Source: Dehalococcoidia bacterium
Lineage (GTDB): Bacteria; Chloroflexota; Dehalococcoidia; Lucifugimonadales; UBA3495
NCBI GenBank assembly: GCA_965261355.1
Contig: OZ253464.1
Coordinates: forward strand, 1,241,907 to 1,305,906
Direction of reading: 5' to 3'
DNA: 64,000 nucleotides
In this document: positions 1 through 8,819 of the stretch, in pieces
Layout of the letters: each line of letters begins with the position of its first letter
Position numbering within the stretch: position 1 is the first letter of the stretch
Program-made: the position numbers and the translations under genes
Notes under the pieces: model-generated
Seen by the model: only the letters and a program-made list of their open reading frames with translations
The model's database searches: none
What the model was told of the DNA's origin: nothing

Positions 1-14
1 CAGGAGGTTATGAG

Positions 15-398
15 ATGAAGAAAGTGACCATGGGCGACGTACCGCGAACCCCGGCCGACATGGCACCACTGGGCAGCGGCGGACTGATGACCGGATCCCA
101 GGTATGGCGCCAGTCCATACTGAACCCCGATGACTCCAGCAACTTCAACTTCGCCATTGTGGCCTTCGACGCAGGGTCACGGAACAAATTCCACATTCAC
201 TCCGGCGACCAGATCCTGGTCATCACCGAGGGCAAGGGCAAAGTAGCCAGCGACGATGAGACCCTAGAGGTTGTGGAAGGCGACGTAGTTGTTATCCCTG
301 CGGGGGAAAACCACTGGCATGGAGCTCCGGACGACACCGCCATGGCGCACATCACCATCACCGTAAAGGGCAGCCAGACGGAGCAGACCGAGGCTTAG
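15..398 (+). CDS. cupin-domain protein (127 aa)
   Basis: ATG at 15 is preceded by AGGAGG (2-7). Cupin motifs are visible (FHIHSGDQILVITEG ... GDVVVIPAGENHWHG). The ORF ends in TAG and is followed by a terminator hairpin. Confidence 0.75.
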   Translation: MKKVTMGDVPRTPADMAPLGSGGLMTGSQVWRQSILNPDDSSNFNFAIVAFDAGSRNKFHIHSGDQILVITEGKGKVASDDETLEVVEGDVVVIPAGENHWHGAPDDTAMAHITITVKGSQTEQTEA

Positions 399-434
399 GG
401 CAGCCACCGTCAAAGAGAACGGCTGAGAACCCAA

Positions 435-468
435 CAGCCCCGGCAGTATTGCCGGGGCTGTTTTCTTT
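435..468 (+). terminator. rho-independent terminator after the cupin gene
   Basis: Perfect 10-bp stem CAGCCCCGGC (435-444) / GCCGGGGCTG (451-460) with a 6-nt loop, followed by TTTTCTTT. Confidence 0.7.
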
Positions 469-506
469 GCGGCATCACCTGAGCTGACTTTAACCTGGAT
501 TGAGCG

Positions 507-2357
507 TCACTGCCGCAGCTGGGCGTATTCCAATCCGGTCAGTACGCGTTTGTCGCCGTACTCGAAATGTTCCTGCCAGGAGCCGACCCGAGGCCCAAGC
601 GGCCAGATCTGATTGACGCTGTACAGTCCCATTTCGACCACGTTCTCGTACGTGAAGCGTGCCACATCGACCATGATCGCATAACGCGCATCGTCATCTA
701 CGACTCGCAGCGCGTTCGCGATTCTTTCCTCCATATAGGCGTGCTCGAACCCCACGGTAAACGAAGCGTGCAGTGTGGTCAGCACCAGGAGCAAGCTCAA
801 CGGGTCAGTCCGGCCTCCAGTGCCGTGGCAGTTCGCCCCCTGGTAATCTCGGGTCCTTATCTGTGGTGAGAGAGAAGCATAGGGAATCTTCTGCAACTTG
901 ACATCGATTCCAATGTCCTCCCACATGGTGGCGATAGCCTCGCAGGCCTCCACCTCTGCCGGAACGCCACGGATGCTCGGCGTGAGGGTGATTTCGAATC
1001 CCCCACCAGGATAACCCGCTTCCGCCAGAAGCTGGCGGGCCTTTTCCGGATCGTAATCCCATTGCCTGATGTCCTCGGGGAGGCGGTGCAGGTTGTTTTC
1101 CCAGCCCCATAGAACCAGGGGCTTCCCCTCTCCGTGCAGAAGCTGGTCGACAATTCCCTGGCGGTCAATGGAAATTGCCATGGCTCTCCGGACCTTGGTG
1201 GCCTTCTCCCATTCCTCCGAGTTGGGCTCGGGGTCGGCGGAAACCCATGGAAGGTCTGGGTCATAGCCCGGACGCTGGTCCTCGGTGCCAAGGCCAACAT
1301 AGAACGCACCAAATATTCCCAGATGTTCCGTAGCTCCACCTTCCACCCGCATGAACTCAACGTCTTCAACTCTCTTGACGGCTGGCAGGGAGTCGAGACC
1401 AACGATGTTGAACGTGTCGAGGAGCCCCACCTGGAAATTTGCCAGCCGTGTCGACTCTTCGTTAATTTCGTGGAATACCAACTCAGCGAAATAAGGAGTC
1501 TTTCGCCAGTGGTCTTCCACCGCATTCATCTTCCAGAAGCGCCCCGACACCACCTCTGCAATTTCCCATGGCCCGGTGGCGGCTCCGTTGGCGCTGGCTT
1601 CGACCTCACCGAGTTCATCCACCTGCTTCTTGCTAACGATCTGTCCTGCGAAGGGCAGGCCCATCATAGGCAGAATATCGTACTGTACTTCGCCCGTATT
1701 TACCTCGATGGTGTAATCATCAATGGCCCTTGCACCACCTTCGGGGTTGTCCCAGAGCCGCTTGAGATGACTCGCGCGGGGCGAGATGCTGCCCTGGGCC
1801 CCGTATTTCTGCATCGTCCAGATGACGTCGTCTGCGGTCATCTCACCATAGCCCTTGTGAAACTGCACTCCCTCCTGCAGCTTGAATGTCCAAATAAGAC
1901 TGTCGGGGGTGACAGACCAGTCTGTGACCAGCTTGGGTAGAAAGTTTCCGTCGACCGTGGTCGATAGCAGCGATTCGCTTACGACACTGCCCACGAACAA
2001 CATGACCTGGCCGGGGGTCAACTTGGGATCGGTGCCGAAGAGGCCCAATTCCTTGTAGCCGACATTGATAGTCCCGGTAGGCACAACTCTATCCGACGTC
2101 GGTGCCGCGGCTGTTGCCGTTGGCTGGGCCTGCGGTACCGGGGTGGACGTTGCCGCAGGCTGGGGCGGCGTGGTCGCCATTGGCTGGGCAGGCGCCGCCT
2201 GCGTGGCGGCGGCAGTGGGCGCGATCGTAGCGTCGGCCTCAGGGGCTTGAGTTGCGGTGTCTGCCCCGCCGCAGGCGGCCAACAAAGCCAGGCAGAGAGC
2301 TACGGTCAGCAAGACAAGGATCCTTGGATCAACCAAAGGCCGACGACTCATAACCAT
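507..2357 (-). CDS. ABC transporter substrate-binding lipoprotein, family 5 (DppA/OppA/NikA-like)
   Basis: 616-aa ORF. It has a signal peptide with lipobox LLAACGG, then a ~60-aa Ala/Pro/Thr/Gln-rich linker, then a large SBP-like body (family resemblance by eye). GGGAG lies upstream of ATG 2357. Confidence 0.8.
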   Translation of the reverse strand: MVMSRRPLVDPRILVLLTVALCLALLAACGGADTATQAPEADATIAPTAAATQAAPAQPMATTPPQPAATSTPVPQAQPTATAAAPTSDRVVPTGTINVGYKELGLFGTDPKLTPGQVMLFVGSVVSESLLSTTVDGNFLPKLVTDWSVTPDSLIWTFKLQEGVQFHKGYGEMTADDVIWTMQKYGAQGSISPRASHLKRLWDNPEGGARAIDDYTIEVNTGEVQYDILPMMGLPFAGQIVSKKQVDELGEVEASANGAATGPWEIAEVVSGRFWKMNAVEDHWRKTPYFAELVFHEINEESTRLANFQVGLLDTFNIVGLDSLPAVKRVEDVEFMRVEGGATEHLGIFGAFYVGLGTEDQRPGYDPDLPWVSADPEPNSEEWEKATKVRRAMAISIDRQGIVDQLLHGEGKPLVLWGWENNLHRLPEDIRQWDYDPEKARQLLAEAGYPGGGFEITLTPSIRGVPAEVEACEAIATMWEDIGIDVKLQKIPYASLSPQIRTRDYQGANCHGTGGRTDPLSLLLVLTTLHASFTVGFEHAYMEERIANALRVVDDDARYAIMVDVARFTYENVVEMGLYSVNQIWPLGPRVGSWQEHFEYGDKRVLTGLEYAQLRQ

Positions 2358-2711
2358 TACTCCCGGCCGACTGTTGCCATCAATGGATTATCAGAATCCA
2401 TATAGCATTTCGTCGAACTTACAAGATGTATAATCTCAACGAGGCTATCATTAAAGGAATTATAAGTAAAGAATGTAATTGCCTTGTCGTAAACTGACCG
2501 ATTTTGGTCCATTTGACGGAATTGATTGCGAAACCGGACTATGCATTTCGAAGACGCCAAGGCGTTTGTCCGGTCTACGCCAAGCTACCCACAGCCGCTA
2601 TGCAAACACGAGGTTGCCAATACCTTCGGGTCAAATAGACGAGGTTTTCCTGCGGCACATGCCTTTGCTTCAGGAAAGATTTGTTGATCAATGTCCAATC
2701 TCGGGTTGCTC

Positions 2712-2748
2712 CCCAAACGAAAGAGCCCCGGCGCATACACCGGGGCTC
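2712..2748 (-). terminator. rho-independent terminator downstream of the metal-transporter operon
   Basis: Perfect 9-bp stem GAGCCCCGG (2723-2731) / CCGGGGCTC (2740-2748). On the minus strand it is followed by TTTCGTTTGGGG (2712-2722). It lies 34 nt past the znuB stop. Confidence 0.6.
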
Positions 2749-2781
2749 TCAATAATTACTGTCGGTATTGACCCTGGAGTC

Positions 2782-3702
2782 TCAGTCACCCTCGGTCTTA
2801 ACGGTTTCCGGGGATCGGGCGATCGCAGCGTCGGTGGGAGAAACAGCAGGCACGGAGACGGACGCACGCTGGCGCACGGCCACCAGGCGGGATCGCAGGT
2901 AGGAGTAAGCCATCACGACAGCGAACACAGACGCTTCCACCAGCACTATGGTTGCGCCTGAAGACACGTCTACGAAGTAGCTCAGGTAGATCCCCAAGAA
3001 GCCGCAGACGGCGCCTATTCCGGCGGAAAGCGTCAGCATCCTGGGAAAGCTGTCGGTCAGCATTCTGGCGGACACCGGCGGAATGACCGTCGCTCCGGCG
3101 ATTAGCAGCACACCTAGCACCTGCAGGGAGACCACGATTGTCCCGGCCAGCACCAGCGAAAACATCGCTTCCACCCAGCCCGTTGGCACCCCGTAGAATT
3201 GTGCCACGTCGCCGTCGAAGGTGGTGAACAAAAAGTGCTTGTAAGCTATGAACAGCACGAGTACGGTTGCCACCGTAACCGCCAATAGCGCCACCAGGTC
3301 GCCCGGGGTGACCCCGACGATGTTGCCGAACAGAGCTGTCTCAAAGTCGCGGGTGAAGCTCTTGTAGCGGCTGATGAGCACGATTCCCACGGCGAAGCTG
3401 GCAGTGGTGATAACACCGATCGCGGCGTCATACGCGATCTTCCGCCTCTTGGTGGTCAGCGTGATGAGCTGGGCGCAGAGAAATCCCCACACGGTGGAAC
3501 CGATTAGAAAGTTCAGGGACATCACGTAGGAAACCACGGCACCGCCTAGGACGGCGTGGGCCAGACCGTGACCGACGTAGGCCATGCGCTTCAGAACAAC
3601 GTAAACGCCGATGCCGCCGCAGAGGGCTCCAGCCAATATGGCAGCCGCCATTCCTCTGAGCATGAACGGGTAGCCGAAGGGTTCCAGAAGTGTTTCAAGC
3701 AT
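2782..3702 (-). CDS. znuB: metal ABC transporter permease (ABC-3 family, ZnuB/MntB/TroCD-like)
   Basis: ORF 2782-3759 trimmed to ATG 3702 (MLETLLEPFGYPFMLRG...), which overlaps the upstream ATPase stop by 8 nt. The sequence is a polytopic membrane protein typical of ABC-3 permeases. Confidence 0.85.
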   Translation of the reverse strand: MLETLLEPFGYPFMLRGMAAAILAGALCGGIGVYVVLKRMAYVGHGLAHAVLGGAVVSYVMSLNFLIGSTVWGFLCAQLITLTTKRRKIAYDAAIGVITTASFAVGIVLISRYKSFTRDFETALFGNIVGVTPGDLVALLAVTVATVLVLFIAYKHFLFTTFDGDVAQFYGVPTGWVEAMFSLVLAGTIVVSLQVLGVLLIAGATVIPPVSARMLTDSFPRMLTLSAGIGAVCGFLGIYLSYFVDVSSGATIVLVEASVFAVVMAYSYLRSRLVAVRQRASVSVPAVSPTDAAIARSPETVKTEGD

Positions 3703-4555
3703 GGCTGTGGCTGTGCGCGGATGCCGCCTCGTCGCCCCGGGCGCCGCCATTGCGGCCATATCGGTGAGGGCTCTCGGCTACTATGGGCATTCCTTCGTAG
3801 TGAATAACCGGCATATCCGCCCCGTAGGTCTTGCGGAGGTTTTCCGATGTAATGACCTCGGACGGTGGCCCCTCGGCAAGGATGCCTCCAGCCAAGCATA
3901 CCAGCCAGGGCAGATGGACCGCCACGGCATTGATCTCGTGGGTGGTGATGACGATGGTGACACCCTCGTGGTTCAGGTCGTGCAGCAGGTGCATCATGTC
4001 GTCGCGTGTCTTTACGTCAACACCCGACGTGGGCTCATCCAGCAGCAACAGCGACGGGCTGCTCACCAGCGCTCGGGCCAGAAACACGCGCTGCTGCTGG
4101 CCTCCCGACAACTCGCGGATGTGGCGCCCCGCCAGATGAAGTATTCCCAGCTGGTCCATCATCCGGTCGGCCAGTTCTTTATCTTCTCGCCGGAACCAGG
4201 GAAAGAACCGGTTTTCCATAGTGCGGCCCATCATCACAACTTCCCGAACTGTGACCGGGAAGTTCCAGTCGATGGTCTCCAGCTGGGGCACATACCCGAT
4301 GCGTGGCCGCTTCTGAGTAGTCGCCACGCCGTTCACGAGCACTTCGCCTTCGTAAACGTCAACCGCGCCCAGCATGGAGCGGAGCAGGGTGGTCTTGCCA
4401 GAACCGCTGGGACCAAGCAGCCCAACGAAGTCTCCCCGCATTATCTGCAGGTCCACTTTCTGGAGCACCTTCTGTTTTTCGTAGCCGCAGGACAGGCCGT
4501 TGATTTCCACAAGTGTGGGACCGGAACGGTATTGATGAGGAAGGGGGTGAAGCAT
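3695..4555 (-). CDS. znuC: metal ABC transporter ATP-binding protein (ZnuC-like) with His-rich C-terminal tail
   Basis: Walker A GPSGSGKTT, signature LSGGQQQR and Walker B LLLLDEP are present. The C-terminus reads ...GDEAASAHSHSHA. The gene is translationally coupled to the permease. Confidence 0.85.
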   Translation of the reverse strand: MLHPLPHQYRSGPTLVEINGLSCGYEKQKVLQKVDLQIMRGDFVGLLGPSGSGKTTLLRSMLGAVDVYEGEVLVNGVATTQKRPRIGYVPQLETIDWNFPVTVREVVMMGRTMENRFFPWFRREDKELADRMMDQLGILHLAGRHIRELSGGQQQRVFLARALVSSPSLLLLDEPTSGVDVKTRDDMMHLLHDLNHEGVTIVITTHEINAVAVHLPWLVCLAGGILAEGPPSEVITSENLRKTYGADMPVIHYEGMPIVAESPHRYGRNGGARGDEAASAHSHSHA

Positions 4556-4640
4556 TGGTCTGGTTCAGCCTTTCCGTAGTGTAGCTTTCCGTGTTTTCAG
4601 GATATTGGGCCGCCAACTGAGAGCCGAGGCTCGCCGTTTT

Positions 4641-7600
4641 CTAGTGATTGTGGTGATGCCCCCCCGGCATTCCGGCCCACCCTTCGGGCAAATCCGGTTC
4701 ATGCTCGTGACCACCGCCGTCCGAGTGTTCAGGCTCATTGCCGTTGGTCGCGCTGACCAGCTGCGTCGCGACAAGCTGGGCGTAGAGGCCCTGTCGCGTC
4801 AGCAGTTCCTGGTGGCTTCCTTGCTCCACCGCCTCGCCATGGTCCAGGACCACGATCCGGGCGGCGTCGCGTATCGTTGAAAGACGATGGGCGATGACCA
4901 GCGTGGTCCGCCCTTGCATCAGGTTCTCCAGCGCCTGCCTCAACTGGCTCTCGCTGACCGCGTCCAAGTGGGAAGTGGCTTCATCGAGGATCAGCACGGG
5001 GGCGTTCTTCAACAGGGCCCGGGCGATGGCGATTCGCTGGCGCTGGCCGCCGGAGAGTTGCATACCCCGTTCGCCGACGATGGTGTCGTAGCCGTCGGGG
5101 AAGGTCGTGATGAAGTCATGGCAGTTAGCCTGCCTCGCTGCATCCTCCAGGTCAGTTTGAGCCGCATCGGGCCTGCCCAACATTATGTTTTGCCGAATGG
5201 TCGCATTAAACAGGTAGGTGTCCTGGGAAACGAGCGCAATCTGGCTGCGCAACTCTTCCAGCTTGAACTCGCGAAGGTCGTGACCATCCAGCCGGACCGA
5301 CCCTGTGGCAGGGTCCCAGAATCGCATCGCAAGGTTCGCGCAGGTGGTCTTGCCAGCGCCCGACCGGCCCACCAGCGCCACGGTGTGGCCCGGCTCAACC
5401 CTGAAGCTGACTCCGCTCAGGGCCTGGGGCTCCCCGGGACCGTAGTCAAACCCAACGTGTTCGAAGTTCAGCGCAGGCGCCGCAGTTCCGTGTGCGTCGT
5501 GACGGCCGTCGTGTCCATCATGCAGGAGAACACCCGGGCCGTCGGCGACGGGCACCGGTTCGTCGTGAATGTCGAAAAGCCGCCGCGATGCCGCCAGGGT
5601 CTCCATGAGCTGCTTCATGGTGCGTGCTATGTCCGTAACAGGAGCGAAGGCTGCGACTGATAGGACGACAGCCAATATCAGCTCGGGCCTCGTGATGTTC
5701 CCGTTAGTGAGAAGCCAGACGCCAATGGCCAGCACAATCAGCCCGCCAAGGGCCGTCATCGATTCGATGAACCCGATCTGGAAGGCGCGTTCCTTGAGGA
5801 ATCGCAACTGGATGTGGGCGAACCGCCAGCTGTTGTCCACCATTTCAGCGGTCCTCGAGCGGCCCCGTCCAAAGGCAGAGATTTCCCGCATGCCCTGGAT
5901 GCTGTCAACCATGTGGGCGTGGACGTCGCCCAACTGGTGCCGAAGTTCCTCGCCCAGCCGCTCGGAGCGCTTCTGGGCAAAGAAGGGACTGAGGGCCACC
6001 ACCACGAGGAAGGGCGCAACGGCCACGGCCATGGGCCATGCGATTACGGCCAGCACGGCAACCACGACGCCGGGAACCACGACGGCGGTGAACGCAGGTG
6101 TGATGGTATGGGCGAAGAAGAACTCGACGGTCTCGACATCGCCACCGACCACGCTGACGAGGTCGCCCGACCGGCGACGGGTCATATAGGCGGGAGCCAG
6201 GGGGTCCAGTTTGCGGTAAACGTCCACGCGCATTTCGGCCAGCAGACGATAGGCCAGGTCGTGGGCCACCCAGGATTCCGTCCAGACGAAGAAGGCGGCC
6301 AACGGCGTCAGGACTCCCAACAGTATCAACAGCAGGGTCAGGTCGCCACCGGTGATGACTGCGCCAACCAGCAGGGCGCTGACGACCGCGACGCCTATGG
6401 CGGTGCCGTGATGCGCCACGCCCAGCAGGAATGTCAGGGAGAGTTCCGCGCCCCAGGGTCTCACCAGCCCAAGCAGCCGAATCCACACGGCGATGATGCC
6501 CAGCCTAGCGGGGTCTCCGTCGTGTTGGTGTTCCTCGTGATCACGGCGGACTGCCGGAGCCGCGTGGTGGTGGCCGTGGCCGTCGTGGCCCGGACGCGGC
6601 ATGAATGCGTCGGCATCGGGCTCCGGAACGTGGTCGGCATGCGCGGCGGCGTGGACGGCATGACGCTCGGCTTGCGCGTGGCCGGCGTCGCGGTGGTGCG
6701 CCTGGGCGGCACCGGGCTCTGCATGGCCGTGTTCGTTATTGTCGTGAGCATCATGGTCGTGAGCATCGCGAGCGTGATGCCCCGCTGATTCATCGTGGTG
6801 GGAGCCATCGCGATCATGGTCGGAATTATGGCGTTCGTGGCCATGTTCGTGCTCCCGGTCGGCATCGCTCCGATGGCTCTGCGGGGCGTCGTGATGCTGG
6901 TGCCCATGTCCCCCGTGGGCGGTGCGCGGCATGAAGGCTGCCACATCCACCTGCGGGACGGAATGGTGCCCATGGTCACTCGTTTCCGGTGCGGGCTGAA
7001 TTCCGAAGTCCAGCCGCTCCTGCTGCTGGGCCATCAGCCCGGCGTACAAGCCTCCGGCGGCCACCAGCGCGGTGTGATTGCCCGATTCGACCAGCCGGCC
7101 CTCATCAAGAACAAGGATGCGGTCGGCGTTGAGCACGCTGGAAAGACGGTGGGCGATGATCAGCGTCGTGCGGCCCTCCATCAGACGGTCAAGGGCTTCC
7201 TGTATGACTGCCTCGTTTTCGGCGTCCACGCTGGACAGCGCTTCGTCGAGTATGAGGACGGGGGCGTCCTTAAGCAGGGCGCGGGCGATGGCGATTCGCT
7301 GCTTCTGTCCACCCGAGAGCCGAACGGCGCGTTCTCCTACAACGGTATCGTATCCGTTTGCGAGGTGGTGGATGAATTCGTGGGCATTGGACGCACGAGC
7401 GGCCTGCTCCAGCTCATCCTGCGTTGCATTGGGATTGCCGAAACGGAGGTTGTCAGCGACCGTGCCGTGGAAGAGGTAGGTGTCCTGGGTGACGACCGAA
7501 ATTTGCTCTCTCAACTGCTCCAGCGGTATTGAGCGCAGGTCTCGACCACCTAGTTGAATTACACCTTCCTGCGGGTCAAAGAAACGCAGCATCAGCCAGA

Positions 7601-8756
7601 CAATGGTGGACTTGCCAGCGCCACTGGGCCCGACCAAGCCCAGCGTTTCTCCCTCGTGCAGGGTGAAGCTGAGGTCGTGGAGAGCGGGTCGGCGCCCCTC
7701 GCTATAGGCGTGGCTTACGCCCTCGAAGGAAAACTCCGCCTTAACGTCGGCAACAGACTCTGCGGAGTCATTCGCCTGACTGCGGTCGGGGTCCTGGACC
7801 GAGACCGGTGAATCCATGATCGCGAAAATGCCTTCGGCTGAGGACATGGCCATCACGCCGTCGTGGTACAGCTGCACCAGTTCCCGCAGAGGCCGGAAGA
7901 CCTCGACGCCCAGCATCAGGACTATCATCAGCGCCCGTAGTTCCAGGTCGCCGTCGGCTACACGCACGGCCCCCCAGCCCAGCGCGACCGCAGCGCCGCC
8001 GGTGATGCCGAGAATGGTCAGGGAGCCGGTGGCCGCGTTGGCCGAGAGGACTCCCATGGTGGTGCGAAAGAGTTGGCGGGCCCGCTCGGCCAGCAGTTCG
8101 CCTCGGACTCCGCTCTGGCCGAAAGCCTTGAGCGTCGCCAGTCCCTGAACCGCGTCGAGGAAGTCGGCCCCCAGCGCTCCATAGGCGTCGCGCCGCGCCA
8201 TGCTGCGTTCCCGGTTCCAGCGGTGAAACATGTTCGGGATTACCAGGGTCAGGAGCGCGAACCCCAGGAAGATCAGGCCAGTGTAGAAATCGATGAGGGC
8301 CATGAAAATGAAGATGACGACCGGGGCCAGGGCTGCGACGATCATCTGCGGCAGGTAACGGCCGAAGAATGCTTCAAGTCGCTCGACGCCCTCGGCCAGC
8401 GACATCAGGGCATCCCCGGTGCGCGATGAGTCGAAGTGGCCCGGCCCCAGGGCCAGCGAGTGCTCGTACAGGCGCTCCCGCAGCTTCACCTTGACCAGGC
8501 TGGCGGTGTGGTGGCTCATGACCTCCTGCAGGTACTGCAGGCAAGCGCGGGCCACGATGAGGACCGCCATAATGACCAGGGGCCAGGTAAGGGACTCGAA
8601 GGTGGCGTTTCCTCGCACCACTTCGACGATGATTACCGCGGCTACAGCCAACCGGGCCACCCCGGCGGCCACGGCCAGCATTCCCACCACAGCGGAGATG
8701 ATGATGCGCCAGCGTACGTCAGCGGCCAGCGCCAGCAGCCTGGGATGCAGATACAT
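4641..8756 (-). CDS. fused double ABC exporter (TMD-NBD-His-rich linker-TMD-NBD; CydDC/MdlB-type halves), 1371 aa
   Basis: A single uninterrupted ORF. It has two hydrophobic 6-TM-like blocks, each followed by an NBD (Walker A GPSGAGKST and GRSGAGKTT; signatures LSGGQKQR and LSGGQRQR; Walker B LILDEA(L/T)S). The C-terminal tail is GGGHEHE...GGHHHNH. Confidence 0.85.
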   Translation of the reverse strand: MYLHPRLLALAADVRWRIIISAVVGMLAVAAGVARLAVAAVIIVEVVRGNATFESLTWPLVIMAVLIVARACLQYLQEVMSHHTASLVKVKLRERLYEHSLALGPGHFDSSRTGDALMSLAEGVERLEAFFGRYLPQMIVAALAPVVIFIFMALIDFYTGLIFLGFALLTLVIPNMFHRWNRERSMARRDAYGALGADFLDAVQGLATLKAFGQSGVRGELLAERARQLFRTTMGVLSANAATGSLTILGITGGAAVALGWGAVRVADGDLELRALMIVLMLGVEVFRPLRELVQLYHDGVMAMSSAEGIFAIMDSPVSVQDPDRSQANDSAESVADVKAEFSFEGVSHAYSEGRRPALHDLSFTLHEGETLGLVGPSGAGKSTIVWLMLRFFDPQEGVIQLGGRDLRSIPLEQLREQISVVTQDTYLFHGTVADNLRFGNPNATQDELEQAARASNAHEFIHHLANGYDTVVGERAVRLSGGQKQRIAIARALLKDAPVLILDEALSSVDAENEAVIQEALDRLMEGRTTLIIAHRLSSVLNADRILVLDEGRLVESGNHTALVAAGGLYAGLMAQQQERLDFGIQPAPETSDHGHHSVPQVDVAAFMPRTAHGGHGHQHHDAPQSHRSDADREHEHGHERHNSDHDRDGSHHDESAGHHARDAHDHDAHDNNEHGHAEPGAAQAHHRDAGHAQAERHAVHAAAHADHVPEPDADAFMPRPGHDGHGHHHAAPAVRRDHEEHQHDGDPARLGIIAVWIRLLGLVRPWGAELSLTFLLGVAHHGTAIGVAVVSALLVGAVITGGDLTLLLILLGVLTPLAAFFVWTESWVAHDLAYRLLAEMRVDVYRKLDPLAPAYMTRRRSGDLVSVVGGDVETVEFFFAHTITPAFTAVVVPGVVVAVLAVIAWPMAVAVAPFLVVVALSPFFAQKRSERLGEELRHQLGDVHAHMVDSIQGMREISAFGRGRSRTAEMVDNSWRFAHIQLRFLKERAFQIGFIESMTALGGLIVLAIGVWLLTNGNITRPELILAVVLSVAAFAPVTDIARTMKQLMETLAASRRLFDIHDEPVPVADGPGVLLHDGHDGRHDAHGTAAPALNFEHVGFDYGPGEPQALSGVSFRVEPGHTVALVGRSGAGKTTCANLAMRFWDPATGSVRLDGHDLREFKLEELRSQIALVSQDTYLFNATIRQNIMLGRPDAAQTDLEDAARQANCHDFITTFPDGYDTIVGERGMQLSGGQRQRIAIARALLKNAPVLILDEATSHLDAVSESQLRQALENLMQGRTTLVIAHRLSTIRDAARIVVLDHGEAVEQGSHQELLTRQGLYAQLVATQLVSATNGNEPEHSDGGGHEHEPDLPEGWAGMPGGHHHNH
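6513..6977 (-). other. histidine-rich inter-half linker of the fused ABC exporter (155 aa, 38 His by my count)
   Basis: Translation runs DHGHHSVPQVDVAAFMPRTAHGGHGHQHH...DADAFMPRPGHDGHGHHHAAPAVRRDHEEHQHDGD. The composition is His/Asp/Glu/Ala-rich with no Cys. The segment lies between NBD1 and the second transmembrane block. Confidence 0.9.
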
Positions 8757-8819
8757 GGCTACGTCTCCTCTGTCATCATGCGCCTAGTCAGATTCGGGTT
8801 ACGCGCTCTGCGGCACAGC

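Noticed and set aside
2479-2961. 160-aa ORF (+) downstream of the plus-strand TGTATAAT, overlapping the znuB 3' end.
   Set aside because: It has no SD and no recognisable sequence. It overlaps a well-supported permease gene and its terminator.
6513-6977. The repetitive His-codon region, and the short tandem repeats at 46723-46930 and 62523-62558, as a CRISPR array.
   Set aside because: There is no repeat-spacer periodicity. The units are contiguous tandem duplications of 10-21 bp or coding low-complexity sequence, and no cas genes are present.
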